DNA from: an uncultured Verrucomicrobiae bacterium
Lineage (GTDB): Bacteria > Verrucomicrobiota > Verrucomicrobiia > Limisphaerales > Palsa-1400
DNA: 64,000 nucleotides
Assembly (NCBI GenBank): GCA_963702845.1
Contig: OY969763.1
Coordinates: 3,616,001-3,680,000, forward strand
Reading direction: 5' to 3'
Part shown: piece after piece, positions 29,622 to 39,700 of the stretch
Position numbering within the stretch: the first letter of the stretch is position 1
Layout of the letters: the number at the start of each line of letters is the position of its first letter
Translations under genes and position numbers: made by a program
Notes under the pieces: model-generated
What the model saw: the letters and a program-made list of their open reading frames with translations, nothing else
Told to the model about the DNA's origin: nothing
The model's database searches: none

Positions 29622-29649
29622 AATGTATATACATCACTGCTCCTGTCAA
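29622..29649 (-). promoter_or_regulatory. TA promoter with palindromic operator
   Basis: TTGACA (29649-29644), 16 bp spacer, TACATT (29627-29622); perfect palindrome ATGTATATACAT at 29623-29634. Confidence 0.65.
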
Positions 29650-31220
29650 CCTTTTTTCATCAAGCAATATTCCATGCTATCGACAAGCGCCTGGAGGCTC
29701 GCCTCGATAATGTTGTCATCGACTCCGACAGTCCCCCATTCATCCTTGCCATCGCTCGATTGGATGAGCACACGCGTCTTTGCCGCTGTGCCCGTGGCTG
29801 AATCCAGAATGCGCACTTTATAGTCGGTGAGCTTTATTTTTTTCACCTGGGGATAAAATTCCGACAACGCTTCGCGCAACGCTTTATCGAGAGCGTTCAC
29901 GGGACCGTCGCCTTCAGCAACAGTGTGTGCCTCTTTGCCATCAACGTGCACCTTGATCGTCGCTTCACAAATCGACTTACCACCTTCACCGCGCATCGAA
30001 ACATGATACCCATGCACTTTAAACGGCAATTGGTGGTGATGCATCGCCTTGCGAATCAATACGGCCAGCGATCCAGCCGCTGCCTCAAATTCATAACCCT
30101 CGTGTTCCAGTTGCTTGATTCGACCCAAAATTGCTTTCAACTCCGGCGTATCATTGCTCAGCTTGATGCCGAGCTCCTGCGCCTTCATCACAATATTACT
30201 GCGCCCGGCCAAGTCGCTGATCAGCACCGTGCGAGTATTACCGACGACCGATGGATCGACATGCTCGTAGCTGCTGACCAACTTCTGCACCGCATTCACA
30301 TGCGTGCCGCCCTTGTGTGAAAACGCCGCCGAGCCTACCCACGGCTGCCGCGGGCTGTGGCGCAAGTTCGCAATCTCATCCACAAACTGCGACAATTCCT
30401 TCAACTGGCGCAACGCGCGATCCGGCAAACAAAACTTCTTCATCTTGAGAGCCACGTTCGGAATCACGCTCGTCAAATTACAATTGCCCGTGCGTTCGCC
30501 GTAGCCGTTGATCGTCCCTTGCACATGCACCGCGCCGACTTCTAAACCGGCCAAGGCATTCGCCACTCCGAGACCGATGTCATCGTGCGTATGCATGCCG
30601 ATCGGACGCTTCAAATGTTCGCGCGCCACCTTCGTGATGGTCGCAATCTCGCCAGGCAAAGAGCCACCGTTTGTGTCGCACAAAACGATGATATCTGCTC
30701 CAGCCTCCTCGGCCGCCTTCCATGTCGCGATAGCATACTTTGGATCGAGCTTATAACCGTCGAACGCGTGCTCTGCGTCATAAACGACATATTTTCGATG
30801 CGACTTTAAATGCCGCACCGTATCCGCGATCATCGCCAAATTCTCCGCCGGCGTCGTTCGCAAAACTTCCTTCACGTGCAACATGGAGGTCTTCCCGTAA
30901 ATCGTCACGACAGGCGTCGCGGCGTCGAGCAATAGCTGCACCTGTTCGTCGTCCTCAACGCGCACTCCTTTTCGCCGCGTCGATCCAAACGCCGCCAGTT
31001 TCGCGTTCTTAAACTTCTTCCGTTTCGCCTGTGCGAAAAATTCAATATCCTTTGGATTCGACCCCGGCCAGCCGCCTTCAATGTAATGCACACCGAACGC
31101 GTCGAGTCTTTCGGCAATTCGCAGCTTATCCGCGACCGAAAAATTGATGCCTTCACCCTGACTGCCATCGCGCAGGGTCGTGTCATATATTTCCACTTCA
31201 GGTCTCATAAAATCCGCCAC
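29646..31220 (-). CDS. cimA: citramalate synthase (LeuA/CimA family)
   Basis: YDTTLRDGSQGEG, IEGGWPGSNPKD, GYGERTGN, GPVNALD. Confidence 0.92.
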   Translation of the reverse strand: MADFMRPEVEIYDTTLRDGSQGEGINFSVADKLRIAERLDAFGVHYIEGGWPGSNPKDIEFFAQAKRKKFKNAKLAAFGSTRRKGVRVEDDEQVQLLLDAATPVVTIYGKTSMLHVKEVLRTTPAENLAMIADTVRHLKSHRKYVVYDAEHAFDGYKLDPKYAIATWKAAEEAGADIIVLCDTNGGSLPGEIATITKVAREHLKRPIGMHTHDDIGLGVANALAGLEVGAVHVQGTINGYGERTGNCNLTSVIPNVALKMKKFCLPDRALRQLKELSQFVDEIANLRHSPRQPWVGSAAFSHKGGTHVNAVQKLVSSYEHVDPSVVGNTRTVLISDLAGRSNIVMKAQELGIKLSNDTPELKAILGRIKQLEHEGYEFEAAAGSLAVLIRKAMHHHQLPFKVHGYHVSMRGEGGKSICEATIKVHVDGKEAHTVAEGDGPVNALDKALREALSEFYPQVKKIKLTDYKVRILDSATGTAAKTRVLIQSSDGKDEWGTVGVDDNIIEASLQALVDSMEYCLMKKG

Positions 31221-31329
31221 AGCGGAACTCAGTATTTACGTCATGGAAGCTTCAATTGCACGAATTATCAAGGGAGCGGGCACCCTCAAAACCAGCTGGC
31301 ACACGTGTGAATAATTCCCTCTGGTCTCA

Positions 31330-32499
31330 ATGCAACTGCGCAGTAAGTTACCCTGTATGGCCGCTTCGCAGACTGCAAAACCACTGACTTGGGCATCCGG
31401 CTCCACGCCGGGCTTGAAAGCCGGCACTTCAATTATTCACAGGATGTCGCCCATCTCGATAACTATCCTGACCGCCGCAACCGCTCTCGGACTGGACCTC
31501 GCGATCGGCACCTTCGCCTCGGAAGCGACCGATGCCTTCTATTTTATGGCCGCTGCAGCCGGCGCTTACGTCGGGGGCTGGCGGTTCGGGTTGTTCTCTG
31601 TCGCACTAGGACTGCTGCCAAACGTCGTCCTCTTCAACACCCCACATTACTCACTTGCGATCGGTGTCTATGGTTGGGAACACGTTGTGGTAACCAGCGT
31701 CATAGCGGCGGTTCTCGCAGCACTTGTGGGGCGCCTGCGCAAAGAACAAGACGCTTTGAAAAACCTCAACAACGAACTCGAAATTCGCGTTAGCCATCGC
31801 ACTGCCGAACTCAAGGAGTCCAATCGCCAACTCGAAGCCTTTTGCCACACCCTCGCTCATGACCTCCGCGCTCCGTTGCGCGCTATCCAAGGCTTCTCTC
31901 AGATTACACTCGCCGACCACGCTCACCAAATCGGCGACATCGGCATACAAGATCTAACCCGCATCGGCACCTCCGCCGAGATGATGGGTCGCCTTATCCA
32001 CGACCTCCTCAGATACACCCAACTCGACCGCACTGAAATTGCACTAACCAAAATTAATCTCGAGGAAGTCATTGACCGCGTGCTGCAAATACTCGCGCCA
32101 GAAATCCATGACAAAAACGCTACAATTCAAATCGACCGCCCGCTTCCGGCCGTCACCGCCGATTTTGTCTTGCTCGAACAAATTTTCCTAAATCTTACTT
32201 CCAATGCCTTAAAATTCAGCCATGACAACGTCCCTCCTCAAATCCGCATCTGGGGAGAACCGCGCAATCAAACCGTTCGACTTTCAATCCAAGACTACGG
32301 CATCGGCATTCCTGCGGAATACGTGGAAGACGTTCGTCTGTTCGGCCCCTTCCAACGCCTGGAGGACCGCTCGAAATATCCCGGAACAGGCATGGGACTC
32401 GCTATTGTGAAAAAAAGTGTCGAACGCATCGGGGGCAATATCGGCGTCGAATCTCAACCGAACCAGGGCAGCCGATTTTGGATCGAACTTCCAAATTAA
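31330..32499 (+). CDS. membrane sensor histidine kinase
   Basis: N-terminal TM helices; AHDLRAPL, NLTSNALKF, DYGIGI, GTGMGLAIVK. Confidence 0.92.
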   Translation: MQLRSKLPCMAASQTAKPLTWASGSTPGLKAGTSIIHRMSPISITILTAATALGLDLAIGTFASEATDAFYFMAAAAGAYVGGWRFGLFSVALGLLPNVVLFNTPHYSLAIGVYGWEHVVVTSVIAAVLAALVGRLRKEQDALKNLNNELEIRVSHRTAELKESNRQLEAFCHTLAHDLRAPLRAIQGFSQITLADHAHQIGDIGIQDLTRIGTSAEMMGRLIHDLLRYTQLDRTEIALTKINLEEVIDRVLQILAPEIHDKNATIQIDRPLPAVTADFVLLEQIFLNLTSNALKFSHDNVPPQIRIWGEPRNQTVRLSIQDYGIGIPAEYVEDVRLFGPFQRLEDRSKYPGTGMGLAIVKKSVERIGGNIGVESQPNQGSRFWIELPN

Positions 32500-32569
32500 A
32501 CAGCCTGAACTTTTTTGAATTGAGGCACTTTCACTTTCACTTTCACCAGCGACTTGTTAGCCTGCTTGC

Positions 32570-33658
32570 ATGGATATTTTCTACAAAATTTTGAAAGCTG
32601 CGGTTGACGGGGGGGCCTCTGACGTCCATCTGAAGCCAAACACTCCGATTATTTTCCGAATCAACCGTCGCCTCGTCTCCGTCGATGGTCCGATGCCCAC
32701 TGTGGAATGGATGGAAAATGTGGTGCCGAATATTTTACCCAAACACCTCCACAAAAAATTCGAGACCGATCGCGAATGCGACTTCTCCTACTTCGCCCCT
32801 GACATCGGCCGTTTCCGCACAAACGTCTTTTGCCAGCGCGGCCAACCCTGTCTCGCCATGCGTTTTGTGAAAACTCAGGTGCCGAGCTTTGACGATTTGG
32901 GATTGTTGCCAATCTTGAAGAGAATTGCAGAAGTGCCGCGCGGTATTGTCCTGCTCGCCGGCACCACCGGCTCCGGCAAATCGACGACGCTTGCGGCAAT
33001 GATCGAACACATCAATAGCAACTCGCGCAAACACATCATTACGTTGGAAGATCCGATTGAGTACGTTTTCGAAGATAATCAATCCGTCATCGAACAGCGC
33101 GAAATCGGCCTCGACACGATGGCATTCGAAACAGGATTGAAACACGTGCTGCGCCAGGACCCCGATGTCATCATGGTCGGTGAAATGCGCGACTCGACCA
33201 GCTTCCAGGCGGCGATGAGCGCAGCCGACACCGGTCATCTCGTGCTCTCGACCGTTCACACCACGAACGCCGCACAATCGGTTGGTCGTATTCTCGACTT
33301 TTTCAAACCTGAAGAGCGCGACCAGATCCGTCGCCAGATCGCCGGCACGTTATACTCGGTCATCTGCCAGCGCATGGTGCCCTCGCTGGCCGGCAGCATG
33401 ATTCCCGCTCAGGAAATTCTTATCAACACAGCGACCGTCCGTAAACTGATCGAAGAAAACCGACTCGAAAAACTTCCGGCCGCGATTGAAACCGGCGGCG
33501 AAGACGGCATGTTGAATTTCAACCAAGCGCTGTTCCAATTGGTGAAGGATGGAAAAATTTCCGAGAAAGAAGCACTTGCGAAAGCGACAAACGCGCAAGC
33601 GCTGGAAATGAATTTCCAGGGCATTTTCCTCACAGAAGGAAAACGCATTCTTGGTTAA
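32570..33658 (+). CDS. pilT: PilT/PilU-family pilus retraction ATPase
   Basis: GASDVHL, GTTGSGKSTT, EDPIE, LRQDPDVIMVGEMRD. Confidence 0.93.
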   Translation: MDIFYKILKAAVDGGASDVHLKPNTPIIFRINRRLVSVDGPMPTVEWMENVVPNILPKHLHKKFETDRECDFSYFAPDIGRFRTNVFCQRGQPCLAMRFVKTQVPSFDDLGLLPILKRIAEVPRGIVLLAGTTGSGKSTTLAAMIEHINSNSRKHIITLEDPIEYVFEDNQSVIEQREIGLDTMAFETGLKHVLRQDPDVIMVGEMRDSTSFQAAMSAADTGHLVLSTVHTTNAAQSVGRILDFFKPEERDQIRRQIAGTLYSVICQRMVPSLAGSMIPAQEILINTATVRKLIEENRLEKLPAAIETGGEDGMLNFNQALFQLVKDGKISEKEALAKATNAQALEMNFQGIFLTEGKRILG

Positions 33659-33762
33659 ACCGCTATCCCGCCTGCTCCGGCTCTTGTCAGACAAATACTG
33701 ACAAGAAGTCGGGGCGGCAGCCGACTTACACCTTTTAATGGCGTGCTACCGTAAGCACCGTC

Positions 33763-34038
33763 ATGTCCTCCAATAACATTGCGTTGAGTCCAGCCCGGCC
33801 CGCCGAAGTCGTTGTTTCCAACTTTGCGCTCCAGAGCAAATTCTTTTTGCAACAGGCGCACACGAACCGCTTCTTCCAAGGAATCGAACGTTGGACAAAT
33901 GAGCCCGATCGCGCACTGGTTTTCTACGATGTTCAGGAAGCGCTCTATATCTGCCGCTGGCTTGGTCTCAGCGACGTGCGGATTGTTAGCGATCTCGAAC
34001 ACGTCGATTGCGTTTCAGCTCTCGCGTGCGTCGCGTAA
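33763..34038 (+). CDS. small hypothetical protein
   Basis: 91-aa ATG ORF filling the intergenic space. Confidence 0.4.
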   Translation: MSSNNIALSPARPAEVVVSNFALQSKFFLQQAHTNRFFQGIERWTNEPDRALVFYDVQEALYICRWLGLSDVRIVSDLEHVDCVSALACVA

Positions 34039-34103
34039 TCACGCCGGATGCAATTGCTCCGCGCGGGCTTCTTCGACTCGTTGCAATCGTGTGCCGTATA
34101 CGC

Positions 34104-34511
34104 TCAAGCCGCCGCTGCTATTGCGCTTGAAGTCGCAAACTGCTGCTGCCGTCGCTCAGTAAACCTTTCCGGCCACTCGCCAGAATGAAAATGAATCAAG
34201 GTTTCGCCCAGTTCGCCGACAATTTCCAGGACTTTGCCTCCGTCAGATTTCCGACGTGCTATGATATGGATCGGTTCAACCACTTGCTGTTCAAGCCGCC
34301 GCTGACCGTCCTGCGTGGCGCGAATCGTCAGCACGTCATTGCACGCGTCGCTATGGTCAAGGGCCAGGCCTTCGAATGGGATTTCGCGCGCGACTTCGCG
34401 GTGCACGTTTTCAGGATCGACTGTCTCGATGGTGACAAGCGATCCTGCTAACATGCGCGAAAAATTCGCGCAAAACTTGTCCCATTCTGAGTCTCGTATT
34501 TCTTCTGTCAT
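34104..34511 (-). CDS. hypothetical protein (DUF5335-like)
   Basis: EIRDSEWDKFCANFSR...LVTIE pattern; RBS present; operon context. Confidence 0.55.
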   Translation of the reverse strand: MTEEIRDSEWDKFCANFSRMLAGSLVTIETVDPENVHREVAREIPFEGLALDHSDACNDVLTIRATQDGQRRLEQQVVEPIHIIARRKSDGGKVLEIVGELGETLIHFHSGEWPERFTERRQQQFATSSAIAAAA

Positions 34512-34525
34512 ACCTACTCCTTTCA

Positions 34526-35206
34526 TCAATGCGGCGAAGAAACCAAACCGAACTCTCGTTGCGCGCTACGGGCGCGCTCGAGCAGTTCAGCAACTTCTTC
34601 GTCTGTTGTTTGACTAAAATCTCTATACCATTGTCCGACTGAAGCAAAATCCTCCGGCAACGCCACTGCGACAATGTCGTCCACCTCGTACTTAAATTTG
34701 TTGAAAGTATCCCGCGCCGAAACAGGCACGGCCACAATGACGGCAGCTGGCGCGTGTGTTTTAACGCCATTCACTGCAGCGTGCATCGTCGCGCCTGTGG
34801 CTAAACCATCATCCACCAGAATAACTGTCTTGTGCGTGAGATTGAACGGTTGATGAGGATCTCGGTATTTGCTCTCGCGTCGCGCCAATTCCTGCTTCTC
34901 CCGCTGGATGACCGTTTCCAGCATTTGGGGTGGAACTCTCAGGGATTTCACGATGTCTTCGTTGATGAACGTTGTGTTACCTGAAGCGATTGCTCCCATC
35001 GCCAGCTCTTCATGTCCGGGCAAACCTAATTTGCGCACGATGAACAACTCCAGTGGCACTTGCAACGCCATCGCAATTTCAAACCCAACCGGAACGCCGC
35101 CTCGCGGGAGCGCAAGAATGACACCATCTTCGCGCCCGCGAAAACGTTTCAACTTTTCCGCCAACAACCGTCCCGCTTCAAAGCGGTCTCGGAATTGCAG
35201 CGTCAT
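34526..35206 (-). CDS. phosphoribosyltransferase family protein
   Basis: FRDRFEAGRLLA, LALPRGGVPV, ILVDDGLATGATM. Confidence 0.92.
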   Translation of the reverse strand: MTLQFRDRFEAGRLLAEKLKRFRGREDGVILALPRGGVPVGFEIAMALQVPLELFIVRKLGLPGHEELAMGAIASGNTTFINEDIVKSLRVPPQMLETVIQREKQELARRESKYRDPHQPFNLTHKTVILVDDGLATGATMHAAVNGVKTHAPAAVIVAVPVSARDTFNKFKYEVDDIVAVALPEDFASVGQWYRDFSQTTDEEVAELLERARSAQREFGLVSSPH

Positions 35207-35215
35207 AGCTCGGGT

Positions 35216-35602
35216 TTATTCTCCTCCGGCATTGGCTTTGGCCCCTTCCACCATCGTGTCGTGTTCGGCTTCTTCAAGCCCCTCATTGACGAGTTCCTCG
35301 TTCGTCGTTTGCTCGTCGTTGGGCTCGGTGCGATCAACTTCGTGCCCGCTGGTTCCTGGATCTTCATCCCACGTTGTCAGCGCATTCACTGCTTCAAATT
35401 CGTTGTCGTCGTTTTCGTTGCCTTCGATGCCAACCAGTTCGCGCTTGGCTTCGAGAAAATCATCGCGTGTGTAATGATTCGGTTCCCGTCCATTGATGAT
35501 GGAGATTTCGCGTGCGCGTTGAACCACCATTTCGCGAGTGACCGTGCCTAGCCCGCTGGCGTGGCACAATATTTTGCCGTGAGCTACTTCTGGTGCTTTC
35601 AT
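35216..35602 (-). CDS. acidic hypothetical protein
   Basis: ATG ORF co-oriented with the PRTase gene; E/D-rich. Confidence 0.6.
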   Translation of the reverse strand: MKAPEVAHGKILCHASGLGTVTREMVVQRAREISIINGREPNHYTRDDFLEAKRELVGIEGNENDDNEFEAVNALTTWDEDPGTSGHEVDRTEPNDEQTTNEELVNEGLEEAEHDTMVEGAKANAGGE

Positions 35603-35642
35603 ATTGCAACCTACGCACGAACCAGCCGGACGCAAATGACAA

Positions 35643-36746
35643 CTAACCTGCCTGAATCAGCTCCAACATCTGCCGGTCAAGCTTGTGTCCGCGCCAATTT
35701 TCATATGCAACATCTGCGCGTTCGCTGTCCAAAATTCCGAACGTACCGCGAAAATTCCACATCGACCATCCCCACCCTGCTTCCTTCCATAGGTCCAGCC
35801 AATCACGCATCCACGCCAACACCGCACCGTGCGGCGTGTATTTGAACGCGCCCCATTCTCCCACATGCACGCCACTGCCAGACCGCTCCAGCTCTTTCCA
35901 AGGCTGGATGTATTCGCGATGCAACCGTTCCTTGTCCCACATATCCCCGCTTTTAATCTGTAAGGGCCAGGCGGGTTCCGGCCACTTGTCTGAGCCGTGC
36001 ATCCAATTCGCTTTGTAATGACTGACCCGTGTCGGGCCATATCCACGCGTGCTCTGTGCGATGCCAAGCGAAACGAAACTGCGGACGGGCTTCGTCCCCC
36101 ACTTCAACCCGTCGGCAATAATTAACCGCCCCGAATCCTCGTGTCGGATCGCCTCGACCAACCGCTTCACAACACGTGCATAAATTTCTTCAGCAATATC
36201 GGAGGGCTCGTTCAAAAGATCAAAACTCAAACGAGAGTTGGGGATGCCTTTGTATCGTTTCGCAAAATGCGCCCAGTGGAATGCACTTGCGTCCAACGCC
36301 GCATCATCGCGCCATAAATCCAGCGGCTCTTTCGGCGGATTCACACAATAGCCCGGTGCTCGATGAAAGTTGATGTTCACATGAACGCCATATTGCCGTC
36401 CGAGCTCGACAGCCTGGTCAATGTGCTTCAACTCCGGTTCACGAATGCTCAGCCAATCGCGCGGATCGGTCCAACATAGATACGACAGCGGCAATCGAAC
36501 AAAATTGAAACCCCAACCAGCAATCCACTCGAAATCACTTTCGCGAAACGGCGGATTCCCTTCTCGCCGTTGCACATATTGTTCGGTCAAGTTGAATCCA
36601 CGCCAGCGCGGTAATTTCGACGCCTTTGCTGGAGGCAACTGGGGCGTCGCCCCAGCAGCGAGCGAACCGGTTGCATAACCCGCCCCAACGGTCGCGGTCA
36701 GCTTTACAAATTCACGTCTTGTCAGCGCCGCGTTCACGACGGGCAC
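35643..36746 (-). CDS. Tat-exported glycoside hydrolase family 5 protein
   Basis: TRREFVK Tat signal; RGFNL, FNFVRLP, LLNEP, VGEWG, WNFRG. Confidence 0.88.
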   Translation of the reverse strand: MPVVNAALTRREFVKLTATVGAGYATGSLAAGATPQLPPAKASKLPRWRGFNLTEQYVQRREGNPPFRESDFEWIAGWGFNFVRLPLSYLCWTDPRDWLSIREPELKHIDQAVELGRQYGVHVNINFHRAPGYCVNPPKEPLDLWRDDAALDASAFHWAHFAKRYKGIPNSRLSFDLLNEPSDIAEEIYARVVKRLVEAIRHEDSGRLIIADGLKWGTKPVRSFVSLGIAQSTRGYGPTRVSHYKANWMHGSDKWPEPAWPLQIKSGDMWDKERLHREYIQPWKELERSGSGVHVGEWGAFKYTPHGAVLAWMRDWLDLWKEAGWGWSMWNFRGTFGILDSERADVAYENWRGHKLDRQMLELIQAG

Positions 36747-39700
36747 TTTATCGCTCGCGCTCCACCGTGAGAAGATTGTTTTCGCGCCAGATTCTGCAGC
36801 ACCATGCGGGCTTGCTGCGACACGGTCGCGTTGTGGAAAAAGTCCGCGAGCGGAATTTCCACCTGGAACCGGTCGACCACCCGCGCGGCAACCTGCATCG
36901 CGCTGAGCGAGTGCCCGCCAATCTCAAGGAAATCCCAATCCGCGCCAACCTTTTCCATCTGCAGCACGTCCGACCAAATTTTCGCGATCTCATTTTCGAA
37001 TGGAGTAGATGGCGCACTGTAAGCGCGCGCGGTCGCGGTTTGTGCGTCTGCAATCGGCGGCAACGCATTGCGGTCGACTTTGCCATTACTGGTGTGTGGA
37101 ATTGCATTCATAACAACGTAAGCGGACGGTAGCATGTGAGGGGGGAGCGACTCTTTCAAAAAACCGTGAAGCTGGTCGGAAGTGATCGGCCACGCCGTTT
37201 GGATGTAGGCAGCGAGACGTTGCTCGCCTCGCGCAGATTTCGCCAAAACAACGACGCATTCCTCAATGGCCGGATGGCGGCTCAATGCGCTTTGAATTTC
37301 AGAAAGTTCAATACGCATGCCGCGCATTTTCACTTGATCGTCACGCCGTCCGAGGAATTCAATATTGCCGTCGGGCAAATACCGTCCGAGATCGCCCGTT
37401 TTGTAAATTTTTCCACGTAAACCGAATTGTGCCGGACGGGCGACAAAGCTTTGCTTCGAAAGTTTATCGGCGTTCAGATAGCCATGCGCAACACCATTGC
37501 CACCGACGTAAATTTCTCCGGCGGTCCCGATCGGAACCGGTTGCAACTCCTCGTTCAGAACCAACATCTCAGTATTGGCAATCGGCCGTCCTATGGGAAT
37601 TTTCGCCGGAATGGCTTCATCACACTTGTAAACGCTGCACCAGACCGTTGCTTCAGTCGGCCCGTATTCGTTGAACAAATCAGCGCCCGGCACGCACTTT
37701 TGGTGCCTCACCACCAGATCGCGCGGACATTCCTCACCTGCGACAATTACCGTTTCCAAACTGTTTAACCGATCGGCATACGAAAGCAGCAGCGAATACA
37801 CTGACGGCAAACAAAGCAGATGCGACACGCGCGATGTTTCAATCAAACGCGCCAGCGCGGCTGGATCTTTGACCTCCAAATCATTCGGCACCACCAACTC
37901 GCCTGCCTGCGACAAGGTCCAGAAAATCCCGGCAACAGAGCTATCAAACCAGTGCGGACTCGCTAACAAAAATGAACGCACCGGCCGCGCGTAATAATCC
38001 AACCTCGCCAGTGTTGAGTGCAACAAATTGCCGTGTGTCACCTGCACACCTTTCGGCACACCGGTCGACCCTGACGTGAATAATACATAGGCAAGATCGT
38101 TTGCCGTCACTGATGGAAAAATGTTTGCAACGGACGTTTGTTGTCCAGCCGTCATCAACTCGTCGATCCGCAAGACTTTCACCGCGCCCAGTTCATAATT
38201 GAGCGCCCGAGTCGCTAACACGGTGCAAACATTCGCCTGCCCCAAAATCGATTCCACGCGCGCGCGCGGTTGGTTCGGGTCAATTGGCACATAAGCCGCC
38301 CCTGCTCGCAATACGCCCAAGATGCCGAGCAGCGCCTCGACAGAACGCTCCGCAATTATCGCAACGCATTTGCCTTTTGCGTTGGCACCGAGGGCAGTTG
38401 CGATGATTTCCACCGCGTGCGCCAACTCGCGATAACTGATTTGATGTCCGTTCGCTGTCAGCGCAACTCTGTTTGGAACGTTAGCGCACGCGTTGTTGAA
38501 ATACGCGAGAACCGACGTATCGGCAGCCGCGTTCGGCAGGTTCTTTCCGCGCGAAAGCTCCAATATTCTTCGCTGTTCCAACTGCGACATCGGGTTGAAC
38601 TTTTCGTAACGACTGGTCGGGTCTGTCGCAATCGCTTCCAATGTCGCCGCGTAATATCCCGCCAACGCCTCGATTTGTTCTTGTCCGATTTCCGCCGGTT
38701 GAAAGTCAAACCGCAGCGAAATCTCAAGCGTCGCCGGATCAACCTGGAAGAACGCAAAGAATGGAAAATTTGTTGATTCGAAAAACTTGTCCTCAACAAA
38801 GGTCACGGCCCGGTTCTGAAGCACTTTCTCGTAAACATGGAAATGCACCATATCGAAGGCCGTTTCGAACAGCGAAACACCGCCCATCCGTCGCTGCATC
38901 TCCGCAAGTGGATAACGTCGGTGCGGCATCATCTCGCCGATGTGTTGAAAAATATCGCGAGCCAAATCACGCCACGAACCTCCTGCCAGTTTGATTCGGA
39001 AAGGCACGGTATTGAGGAACAGTCCGAGAATTTTTTCACCATCTTCTTCCGAAGGTCTACCTTCCATCACGAAGCCAGTCGTGACGTCCGTCTGGCCGCA
39101 AACAAACGAAATCACTTTCAGGTGCGCCGCAAGTAGCAAACATTTCAAAGGCAACCCTTCCTCTGCCGCCATCGTTCGAAGTTTTTCGGAAACGCCGCAT
39201 GGCAGCGGCACGTTTTGAACGCGAACCTCGCCGATCGCCGCACCTTTGTCACTGCGTGTCCGCGGCAAATTCGTCGGCTGCAAATTTTCCAATCGCTTTA
39301 GCCAAAACTGACGCGAGTTCTCATCCTGAACAGTCGCTTGTTCCAACGCGATAAACCGTTTGTAACTAACCGTCGGAGCAGGCGGCACCGCACCGCCATT
39401 GAGCAGCGCCGAATAGCAATCGATCACTTCCGTAAGCATCGCCGCCAGACTCCAGCCATCGAGAATCGCATGGTGACTGCTGTAGCTAAGTTGAAAATGA
39501 TCCTTGCCGCGCAAATGAACTTTCCACCGCAACAACGGTGCACACGAAAAATCGAAAGGGACTCCCTTCTCCTGTTCGATCCAGTTTTGAATCGCAGCAT
39601 CCTGCTCCCCCGCATTGAGATGCTGGACGTCTTCAACACTGAACGGTATTCGAACGGTCTGGTGCACCAATTGCATCGGCTTCGAAAACCGCGACAATTC

